DNA of 64,000 bases. It comes from an uncultured bacterium (lineage in GTDB: Bacteria; Margulisbacteria; WOR-1; O2-12-FULL-45-9). The stretch spans positions 233,691 to 297,690 of the forward strand of contig CAZMPJ010000001.1 of NCBI GenBank assembly GCA_964568455.1, read 5' to 3'. The position numbers were made by a program, and so were the translations under genes. This document shows positions 46,693 through 54,826 of the stretch, piece by piece (position 1 is the stretch's first letter; each line of letters opens with the position of its first letter). The notes beneath the pieces were generated by a model, which made no database searches, was not told the origin of the DNA, and saw only the letters and a list, made by a program, of their open reading frames with translations.

Positions 46693-48865
46693 AAAAATAA
46701 AGATATTATGCACGCTAGGGCCATCGTCACTGGATGGTAAAACTATCTCAAAAATGAGTAACTTAGGCGTAGACATATTTCGTCTTAATTTGTCACATAC
46801 AGAGCTTGATCGACTTGAAGAATTAATCTTGTTGATAAAAAAACATACAGCCAAACCAATCTGTCTTGATACTGAGGGAGCACAAGTGCGTACTGGTTAT
46901 GTTAAGGATAATAGAATCTATCTAGAAGATGACAGTCAGGTGGTAATAACTGGGACAAATCTAATTGGCGATAATAAAACGATTTGTTTTAATCCTGAGT
47001 TTGTGCCAGCACTATTGCAACCAGGGGATCAAATCGGGATTGATTTTGAATCGGTTATTCTTCAAATAATTTCTAGCGATCAAAAATCAGCAGTAGCGAG
47101 AGTCGTCTCGGGCGGTTATATCGGGAGCAACAAAGCTGTCACGATTGATCGAGAGATAGAATTACCGGTTGTTTCAAAAAAAGATCAAGCAGCAATCAAG
47201 ATCGGTCGCCGGCATGGCATTAATCATTTTGCTTTATCATTTGCCAGTTGTGGGCAAGATGTGCAGGCTTTTCGCCGTTTGATTGGTGAAAAAAGCAAAT
47301 TGATTGCAAAGATAGAAAATAAAAGAGGGGTAGAAGCGCTAAAGGAAATATTAATTTATGCTGATGCTATTCTAATCGATCGAGGTGACCTTTCCAGGGA
47401 AGAACCGATTGAGAAAATACCCTTTCTGCAAAAATTAATCATTAATCAAGCAAATAAAGAAAAAGTTCCGGTTTATGTGGCAACTAATTTATTGGAATCT
47501 ATGGTTAAGGTAACAATGCCTACCAGGGCAGAAGCTGGCGATGTGATCAATACCTTAATGGATGGGGCTGATGGCTTGGTTCTGGCTGCGGAAACCGCTA
47601 TTGGAGCTTATCCTGTAAATTGCGTGGCAATGATCAGAAAAATGATTAGCCAATATTCTCAGTATTCTCATGGTATTTCTTTGTCAGAACTGCAAAGAAA
47701 AGAATCCTTTTTGTTAAATGAACCTAATGGTGGTCGGTTGGTTAATCAACTGTTTATTAATCAAAAAGGAAACGAATTATCAAAATATAAGTCATTGATG
47801 GTTGATAAAAACGTCTTGCTTGATGCCGAACAGATAGCAATTGGAACTTTTTCACCTGTAACAGGATTTATGAATAAGCAAGAAGTTGACTCTGTACTGC
47901 GTGACCATCGCTTGCCTAGCGGGGTAATCTGGCCGTTGCCTATTCTTTTACAGCTGACTCAGCAGGAGATTCAAGGTTTAAAGATAGGGGAAAAGGTAGT
48001 CTTAACTGATCAAACTACCGGAGAACCCTATGCCATATTAACGATTGAAGACATTTATAATTATGATTTGGATATTATTTGTCGGGAAACTTTTGGCACG
48101 CTTGAGTCCAATCATCCTGGAGTGCAGGTTATAAAAAGTAAGGGAAAATATTTTTTAGGTGGACCAATTAAATTAATCAAACGCTTACCTTCAAAGTTTA
48201 AACAATATGAAATCACCCCTAAGCAAGCAAGAAACATTTTTGAGAATAAGGGTTGGAGCAATGTTGTTGGTTTTCATACCAGAAATGTGATTCATCGGGT
48301 CCATGAATATATACAGTTACTTTCCCTAGAAAATTTTCATTGTGATGGCTTGTTTGTTCACCCAGTAGTTGGCCCTAAAAAAGAGGGTGATTATAAAGCG
48401 GATATGATTTTAAAAAGCTATGAATTAATGTTGAGTAAATATTATCCTAAGGGTAAAGTTGTTTTAGCTGCCTTTCAAAATCATTCCAGATATGCTGGGC
48501 CAAGAGAGGCAGTCTTTACTGCTCTTTGTAGAAAAAATTTCGGTTGTAGCCATTTTATTGTTGGACGAGATCATACTGGAGTTGGCAATTATTATGGACC
48601 AAAAGACAGCCAAAAATTATTTACATCCTTGGGAGATATTGGTATAACCCCGATATTTTTTAATGAATTACATTATTGTAAAAAATGTGACAGTTATGTG
48701 GAACGTTGTTCTCATGATCAAATAAATGTTTTGTCAGTCAGTGGCACGGGGGCACGCCAAATGTTAAAAGCAGGAGATTGTCCCCCAGAATGGTTTATGA
48801 GAAAAGAGATTGCTAGTCTGATTATTGATCAGATTAAGCAGGGGCAGGAGGTATTTGTCAGGTGA
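46676..48865 (+). CDS. Fusion: pyruvate kinase (A/B domains) + sulfate adenylyltransferase (Sat)
   Basis: CTLGPSS, RLNLSH, AKIEN, RGDL, ATNLLESM, PTRAE, DGAD..LAAETA; then FSPVTGFM, GFHTRNVIHRVHE, YAGPREA, HFIVGRDHTG. Confidence 0.9.
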   Translation: MKKENKKIKILCTLGPSSLDGKTISKMSNLGVDIFRLNLSHTELDRLEELILLIKKHTAKPICLDTEGAQVRTGYVKDNRIYLEDDSQVVITGTNLIGDNKTICFNPEFVPALLQPGDQIGIDFESVILQIISSDQKSAVARVVSGGYIGSNKAVTIDREIELPVVSKKDQAAIKIGRRHGINHFALSFASCGQDVQAFRRLIGEKSKLIAKIENKRGVEALKEILIYADAILIDRGDLSREEPIEKIPFLQKLIINQANKEKVPVYVATNLLESMVKVTMPTRAEAGDVINTLMDGADGLVLAAETAIGAYPVNCVAMIRKMISQYSQYSHGISLSELQRKESFLLNEPNGGRLVNQLFINQKGNELSKYKSLMVDKNVLLDAEQIAIGTFSPVTGFMNKQEVDSVLRDHRLPSGVIWPLPILLQLTQQEIQGLKIGEKVVLTDQTTGEPYAILTIEDIYNYDLDIICRETFGTLESNHPGVQVIKSKGKYFLGGPIKLIKRLPSKFKQYEITPKQARNIFENKGWSNVVGFHTRNVIHRVHEYIQLLSLENFHCDGLFVHPVVGPKKEGDYKADMILKSYELMLSKYYPKGKVVLAAFQNHSRYAGPREAVFTALCRKNFGCSHFIVGRDHTGVGNYYGPKDSQKLFTSLGDIGITPIFFNELHYCKKCDSYVERCSHDQINVLSVSGTGARQMLKAGDCPPEWFMRKEIASLIIDQIKQGQEVFVR

Positions 48866-51078
48866 GCAAAGCCTTAATCTTTTGGTTTACAGGTTTATCT
48901 GGTTCGGGTAAAACAACAATTGTTAACCGAATGGTTGAAGGACTGCGGCAACAGAATAAGAAAGTTAAAGTGTTTGACGGGGATGTTGTTCGACGAGAAA
49001 AAAATAATCATTTAACCTTTTCTCCTTCGGATATAAAAGAAAATAACCGGCTTATAGTTGAAATGTGCTTAGAAAACAGAGAGCTTTATGATTATATCTT
49101 TGTGCCGATTATTGCTCCTTTTCAGGAATCAAGAGATTACGCTAGACGAATGCTTGGGCCGTCTTTTTTTCTTGTTTATTGCTCAGCCGATCTTAAGACA
49201 GTTAGCAAGAGAGATCCCAAGGGGCTTTATGCCAAAGTTAAGGCTGGAAAAATAGATAATTTTATTGGTATCCATAAAGAGGTTCCATATCAAGTTCCGG
49301 ATGATGCTGATTTAGTATTGGAGACCGGAAAAGAAGACGTATTAACCTCGATTAATAAAATGACAGCCTTTTTTCAACGTGTTAATGGTCCTTTATTGCA
49401 TGCACTTAATGAGGCAGTTGGTGAACTCACCTTAAAAATAGCTAAGGATATTAAAAACTTGGCTTATTATCAGCAAATAGAACAGCAATTAGGCAGTGAA
49501 AAATTATTAATGTTTTTAAAATTGAATATAGCCATAGAGATCAAACCTTTTATTAAACAGCTTTTGGCCCAGCAAGCCCAGTTGCCAGCGACATTCCTTT
49601 TCCCTTTGAAAAATGATTTTAGTCTGGGGCGTCAGATGATTCGAAGTATGGGGAAAAAAGCAATAGCTTGGGTGGATAAAATTTTGGCCTTAGGTAAATT
49701 TACCATGGATTCAGAAAAAGAACCGACGATTGCGGTTCATTACTCAGAAGGAGTTGACTTTGAAAGACGTTCGGATATTGCTTGGTTTAAAAATAGTGGC
49801 ATAAAGCCCCAACAGCTATTGATTTATTTTGACGGTCTTGACAGTGTTACCAGGCAACCGATCAGTGAAACGGTTTTAGCTCAAATCGAAGCAATGGGTA
49901 TACGTTGGGTGGCGCTAAAACGCGGGGTTGTTTCACGGCATAATAAAAATGTCTGGGCGCCGCCTTTGTTTATTAAAACGAACTATAGAATTAAAAAGCC
50001 CCGAAACCACTTAGAACAATGGATTTACCGACAAGTAAAAAAACTTGTTGCTGAAATAAATTATTGGCAAGCTTTTTATCGAGCCTTTAATGTTAAGTTG
50101 CTCTTACTTCCTGAACAAGGTTCGCCTCCCAATATTGCTCAGGGAATTGCTTTTGACCTGATGAGTAAAAATGCTGGATTCACCTTGGGTAAACAACGCT
50201 CTGATTTGGGAGTTCCTAGACAGGCTCTCGTCGGGCATCATACCAAGGATGTTTATTTTGCCTGGAATAACAGGTCAGCACAATTCTTAAAATCTCCTTA
50301 TAACCTAGTAAGGTCAATGGTTGTTACCGGGAATCAAAATGATCATAATTTTAATGGAGTTAATGAGGAATTAAGAGATGAAAAATTAAAATTACAGAAA
50401 AACGGAGCAAAGTTCATTATTGCTCTGTTTGATACTGGGCAGGGTAACCCGCTGAATCGGACAGTTGCTTCTATGGAAATGGAGGTCTTTTATCGCTCAT
50501 TTATCGAGTGGCTGCTTAAGGATAAATCGCTAGGCTTAGTAATAAAATCTAAGAAGCCTTACGTTATAAATTCGTTGCCAAATATCCCGAGTTTGCTGGC
50601 TCAAGCTGAAGCAACTGGGAGATGCCTACGCTTACCGCATGAGTTTGGCCGGATGCCGACCGATGCTTCAAAAATTTCTGACATAGCGGTAGGCATTGGC
50701 ATTAATTCTGCTGTGACTGAAGCAGTTATTGCTGGCTGCAAAGGGATACATTATTTAAACAGCTTTCCTTGCCAAAATGAATATTACCAATGGGGATTTG
50801 AGCAGTTAGTTTTTAATGATTTGACTAGAATGATCTCAGAGCTTCAGGCTTTTAAAGCTGCACCAGAAGCTAATCCAGGCTTGGGAGATTGGTCTAAATA
50901 TTTGGATAAACTGGATCCGTTTAGGGATGGAGTCGCGGGTGAGCGAATGGGGAAATATATGCACTGGTTATTAGAGAGTTTTACCGACGGGTTGAGCAGG
51001 GAAGATATTTTAAAAAAAGCGAATGAACGTTATGCGGCTGTTTGGGGAAATGATAGAATTGCAGTATTGAGCAATTAA
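48862..51078 (+). CDS. Fusion: adenylyl-sulfate kinase (CysC) + ~560 aa unknown domain
   Basis: WFTGLSGSGKTT, DGDVVR, RDPKGLY, NFIGI; C-terminal part paralogous to 53081..54826. Confidence 0.88.
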   Translation: MSKALIFWFTGLSGSGKTTIVNRMVEGLRQQNKKVKVFDGDVVRREKNNHLTFSPSDIKENNRLIVEMCLENRELYDYIFVPIIAPFQESRDYARRMLGPSFFLVYCSADLKTVSKRDPKGLYAKVKAGKIDNFIGIHKEVPYQVPDDADLVLETGKEDVLTSINKMTAFFQRVNGPLLHALNEAVGELTLKIAKDIKNLAYYQQIEQQLGSEKLLMFLKLNIAIEIKPFIKQLLAQQAQLPATFLFPLKNDFSLGRQMIRSMGKKAIAWVDKILALGKFTMDSEKEPTIAVHYSEGVDFERRSDIAWFKNSGIKPQQLLIYFDGLDSVTRQPISETVLAQIEAMGIRWVALKRGVVSRHNKNVWAPPLFIKTNYRIKKPRNHLEQWIYRQVKKLVAEINYWQAFYRAFNVKLLLLPEQGSPPNIAQGIAFDLMSKNAGFTLGKQRSDLGVPRQALVGHHTKDVYFAWNNRSAQFLKSPYNLVRSMVVTGNQNDHNFNGVNEELRDEKLKLQKNGAKFIIALFDTGQGNPLNRTVASMEMEVFYRSFIEWLLKDKSLGLVIKSKKPYVINSLPNIPSLLAQAEATGRCLRLPHEFGRMPTDASKISDIAVGIGINSAVTEAVIAGCKGIHYLNSFPCQNEYYQWGFEQLVFNDLTRMISELQAFKAAPEANPGLGDWSKYLDKLDPFRDGVAGERMGKYMHWLLESFTDGLSREDILKKANERYAAVWGNDRIAVLSN

Positions 51079-51091
51079 AAGAGGATATATA

Positions 51092-51805
51092 GTGGATGAT
51101 AAAAAACGAAAAATATTAATAACGATTGCTGCTCGTGGCGGCTCCAAAGGAGTAAAAAATAAGAATATTCGGCCCTTATGTGGCTTGCCACTTATTGCTC
51201 ATACAATCAAACAAGCCAAAAAATGGGGACGAGCAGATAAAATTGTTTGTTCAACCGATTCTGAAAATATAGCCATAGTAGCTAAGGAATATGGCGCTGA
51301 AGTGCCATTTGTTCGTCCAAGTGATTTGGCGAATGACACTGCTGGTAAAGTAGCTGTAATTCGGCACGCTTTATTAGAAATGAAAGAGGATTATGATATT
51401 ATTGTTGATCTGGATGTTACGGCGCCTATAAGAAAAATTAGTGATATTGATGGGGCCGTAAATCTGTTTTTAGAAAAGAAGGCTAAGACTGTTTTTAGTG
51501 TTACTTCTGCTCGCCGCAGTCCCTATTTTAATATGGTTGAACAGGCGCAAAGTGGATTTGTTCATCTGGTTAAGAAGCTTAAAACGCCACTGGTTAGGCG
51601 ACAAGACTCGCCTCGGGTTTATGATATGAACGCTTCGATTTATGTTTACGATAGAGACTATCTTTTGGATCCTACAACCAAAGCTGCTATCTCTGACAAG
51701 TCGTTAATCTGGGAAATGGATGAGCTCTCGGCTTTTGATATTGATTGCGAAGCAGATTTTAAATTTGTTGAATTCTTGGTTTCGCAGGGGATGGTAAAGC
51801 TATGA
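51092..51805 (+). CDS. neuA: CMP-nonulosonate synthetase (NeuA/LegF/PtmB family)
   Basis: ARGGSKGVKNKN, STDS, TAPIR, RRQD, DID. Confidence 0.88.
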   Translation: MDDKKRKILITIAARGGSKGVKNKNIRPLCGLPLIAHTIKQAKKWGRADKIVCSTDSENIAIVAKEYGAEVPFVRPSDLANDTAGKVAVIRHALLEMKEDYDIIVDLDVTAPIRKISDIDGAVNLFLEKKAKTVFSVTSARRSPYFNMVEQAQSGFVHLVKKLKTPLVRRQDSPRVYDMNASIYVYDRDYLLDPTTKAAISDKSLIWEMDELSAFDIDCEADFKFVEFLVSQGMVKL

Positions 51806-52539
51806 AGAACTTAAAAAAACAAGTGATCCTTATTAGTGGGGGCTCGGGTTTACTTGGACAAGAGTTTGTTAAGGCTCTAATTGCCAAAAAGGCTATTGTT
51901 GTAAATCTTGATCTTAAGACATCTGGAAACAAAGAAGCAGAATTTATTAAATGTGATATTACTGACAAGAAATCTATTCAAATTGCTTTAAACAAAGTCT
52001 TGGCCTCTCACGGAAAAATTGACGCTCTGGTAAGTTGTGCCTATCCCAAAAACAAAAACTTTGGCAGAAGATATGAAGAGGTAGAGTATAACGACTTTTG
52101 CGAAAATGTTAACCTTCATCTTGGGGGATATTTTCTACTTAGCCAGCAAGTGATTCATCAAATGAAAAAGCAAAAACATGGCCAGATAATCTTTTTAGCC
52201 TCAGTCTATGGAGTTATTGCTCCTAAATTTGAGATATATGAAGGGACTAAAATGACTATGCCAGTGGAATATGCTGTAATTAAGGCAGCTATTATTCATT
52301 TGGCTAAATATTTAGCCGAATACCATAAAAACTATAATATTAAAGTGAATTGTATTTCACCTGGTGGAATCCTTGATAATCAACCCGAGGTGTTTGTTAA
52401 GAATTACCGTGAACATTGTTTATCTAAAGGAATGCTTGATAAGACTGATGTGAATGAAACACTGTTGTCAATATTGTCTGATCCAGACAGTCATAAGAAT
52501 GGAGCCAATATCATTGTTGATGATGGATTTAGCTCATGA
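51802..52539 (+). CDS. SDR oxidoreductase, PtmA (flagellin modification protein A)-like
   Basis: GGSGLLG, HLGGYF, MTMPVEYAVIK, SPGGI, VDDG. Confidence 0.82.
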   Translation: MKNLKKQVILISGGSGLLGQEFVKALIAKKAIVVNLDLKTSGNKEAEFIKCDITDKKSIQIALNKVLASHGKIDALVSCAYPKNKNFGRRYEEVEYNDFCENVNLHLGGYFLLSQQVIHQMKKQKHGQIIFLASVYGVIAPKFEIYEGTKMTMPVEYAVIKAAIIHLAKYLAEYHKNYNIKVNCISPGGILDNQPEVFVKNYREHCLSKGMLDKTDVNETLLSILSDPDSHKNGANIIVDDGFSS

Positions 52540-53084
52540 TTATTATTGAATTTATTAAACGAATAAAATTTTGGTTAAAAGCTGACCGGCTAGGGCCTGA
52601 TATTCCGTTAACATATCACATGCTCTTTTTCCCAAGCTTAATGAGGAGGATTTGCCGGAAAAAGTTCAGACATTTTGGCCAAGGGGCAGATTTTCGACCT
52701 GGAGCGCTGGCCTATGGTTGTTCTAATATTTCAATCGGTGATCGAGTTATAATCAGACCAGGAACAATGTTGTTTGCAGATGTGAGAGAAAACGGAGCAG
52801 GGATAACCATTGAAAATAATGTTTTGATTGGCAGTGGGGTTCACTTCTATTGTGTAAACCATAAATTTAGTGATCCGAATGTTCCGATTATTAATCAAGG
52901 TCATTCTGATTCTAAGCCAGTAGTTCTAAAACAAGGTTGCTGGATTGGTGCCAATGCAATTATTTTGCAGGGGGTCACAGTCGGAAGCAATTCAGTGATT
53001 GGGGCCGGCTGCGTAGTTACCAAGGATGTACCTCCAAAAACTGTGGTAGTTGGTAATCCAGCCAGAGTCATTAAAAAATTATGA
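52536..53084 (+). CDS. Hexapeptide-repeat acyltransferase
   Basis: GCWIGANAIILQGVTVG, GNPAR. Confidence 0.9.
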   Translation: MIIIEFIKRIKFWLKADRLGPDIPLTYHMLFFPSLMRRICRKKFRHFGQGADFRPGALAYGCSNISIGDRVIIRPGTMLFADVRENGAGITIENNVLIGSGVHFYCVNHKFSDPNVPIINQGHSDSKPVVLKQGCWIGANAIILQGVTVGSNSVIGAGCVVTKDVPPKTVVVGNPARVIKKL

Positions 53085-54826
53085 AAACGTTGTCATATGA
53101 TATGAAAACAATGTGGGATGTAAACAATGACACCTTATTATTGGGTATTGGTGCGGTAACGGGTGATTTTGTGCTACGTTTGAGTGAAGAAATTCAAAAA
53201 ACCGCAGCTTGGCAAAAACTGCAAGCTATTTTGCCGAGTGATAAACTGATTGCTTATTTTCAAAGCCGTTTGGGCAAAGAAATTTATCCTTTTGTTTCTC
53301 AAATGATGGTTTTGCGGCAAAAGAAAAGCAAAACACCAATGTGGTTGCCCAAGTCTGGAATTTTTACTCTGTTGCGAGATCTTTGGCCAAAAGATGAGGT
53401 TCCGCTTAAAAATGATTTTAAAAGAGAATTGCAATTCTTGTGGCAAAGGAACCGTGCTGCTTGGGGAACAGGTTTAAAAAGAAAAATTAAATATTGGCGG
53501 AGTTATTTTTTTTCTAAGTCTAAAACAGCTGCTAAAACACCGGTCATCGCTGTCCGTTATTCCGAAGGTTTAGACTTAACCAGAAGGTCAGATATTGCTT
53601 GGTTCCCACAAAGCGGTCTAAAGCCTGAACAAGTCTTAATTTGCTATAGTGGTTCAATCAAAGAAAAACCGCAGGGCATGCCAATGGTTTCATTATCATC
53701 TTGGCGGCCAGCCAAAACTGCTTTTACTTTATTGAAAGAATATCGATTCTGGACTCTAAATAGTTTAGAGCGCTGGGTAAAAGAAATTGCAGAGGACCTT
53801 TTAGCCGAAATTGGCTATTGGTCAGATTTTTACGCTGAATATAATGTCAAACTTTTTCTCTTGCCAGAGATGGGGCAACCAACTAGCATTGCTCAAGGGA
53901 TAGCCTTTGATTTGGTAGGAGGTTTGAGTGTTGGTAAACAGCGCTCAGAAACCGGTTTCCCCCTTAAAACTTATGTCTCTTTCCATACCAAAGACCTGCA
54001 GTTTATCTGGAACAAGAGAATGATTGATTATTTGCACCCGCCAATCAATCAAGTAGCTACTGCAGTTATTGCAGGTTATCTTAATGATGTTATCTTTTCC
54101 CCTGTCAGTCAAGAATTAACTGATCTAAAAAATGAGCTCAATTCTAATGGCGCCAAATTTATTGTGACGTTATATGATACGGGCCATGGTGGCGAGACAT
54201 ATTTTTCTTCTCAAGACTTAGAAGCGTTGTATCGGGTTTTTCTTGATTGGGTTTTAACTGATCCAACCGTTGGCTTGGTCATCAAATCAAAAAAAGATTA
54301 TATTATTGCAACTCTACCTGGGATTCACAAACTATTGGCTCAAGCAGAAAAAACAGGCCGCTGTCTCCGTTTAGGAAATACTTTTGGCCGTTTGGCTTCT
54401 GATGCTTCGAAAATTGCTGATTTTGCAGTTGGCTACACCGTTAGCTCCGCAGTAACAGAAGCGGTGATTGCTGGTTGTCGAGGTATTCATTATCAGAAAG
54501 CATATCCCAAGCAACATGACTATTACAGATGGGGCTTAGATCAGATTGTTTTTAATGATTTAGTTGGAATGATGCGAGAATTAAAAAAATATAAAGCTGA
54601 TCCTACCTCAAATCCAAAACTTGGCAATTGGGCTGAATATCTGGATCAACTGGATCCTTTCCGCGACGGGCGTGGGGGTGAGAGGATGGGAACTTATTTG
54701 CGTTGGTGCTTAGAAGGTTTTTCTGCCGGGCGAGACCGGGAAGCGGTGCTTGAGCAAGCTAATGAAAAATATACCACAGCTTGGGGTAAGGATAAAATTA
54801 TGACATTTAAAGGGGGAAATACATGA
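53081..54826 (+). CDS. Hypothetical protein, stand-alone paralog of the CysC-fused domain
   Basis: YSEG..RRSDIAWF, GKQRS, SAVTEAVIAGCRGIHY, LDPFRDG.GERMG shared with the 48862 ORF. Confidence 0.7.
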   Translation: MKTLSYDMKTMWDVNNDTLLLGIGAVTGDFVLRLSEEIQKTAAWQKLQAILPSDKLIAYFQSRLGKEIYPFVSQMMVLRQKKSKTPMWLPKSGIFTLLRDLWPKDEVPLKNDFKRELQFLWQRNRAAWGTGLKRKIKYWRSYFFSKSKTAAKTPVIAVRYSEGLDLTRRSDIAWFPQSGLKPEQVLICYSGSIKEKPQGMPMVSLSSWRPAKTAFTLLKEYRFWTLNSLERWVKEIAEDLLAEIGYWSDFYAEYNVKLFLLPEMGQPTSIAQGIAFDLVGGLSVGKQRSETGFPLKTYVSFHTKDLQFIWNKRMIDYLHPPINQVATAVIAGYLNDVIFSPVSQELTDLKNELNSNGAKFIVTLYDTGHGGETYFSSQDLEALYRVFLDWVLTDPTVGLVIKSKKDYIIATLPGIHKLLAQAEKTGRCLRLGNTFGRLASDASKIADFAVGYTVSSAVTEAVIAGCRGIHYQKAYPKQHDYYRWGLDQIVFNDLVGMMRELKKYKADPTSNPKLGNWAEYLDQLDPFRDGRGGERMGTYLRWCLEGFSAGRDREAVLEQANEKYTTAWGKDKIMTFKGGNT

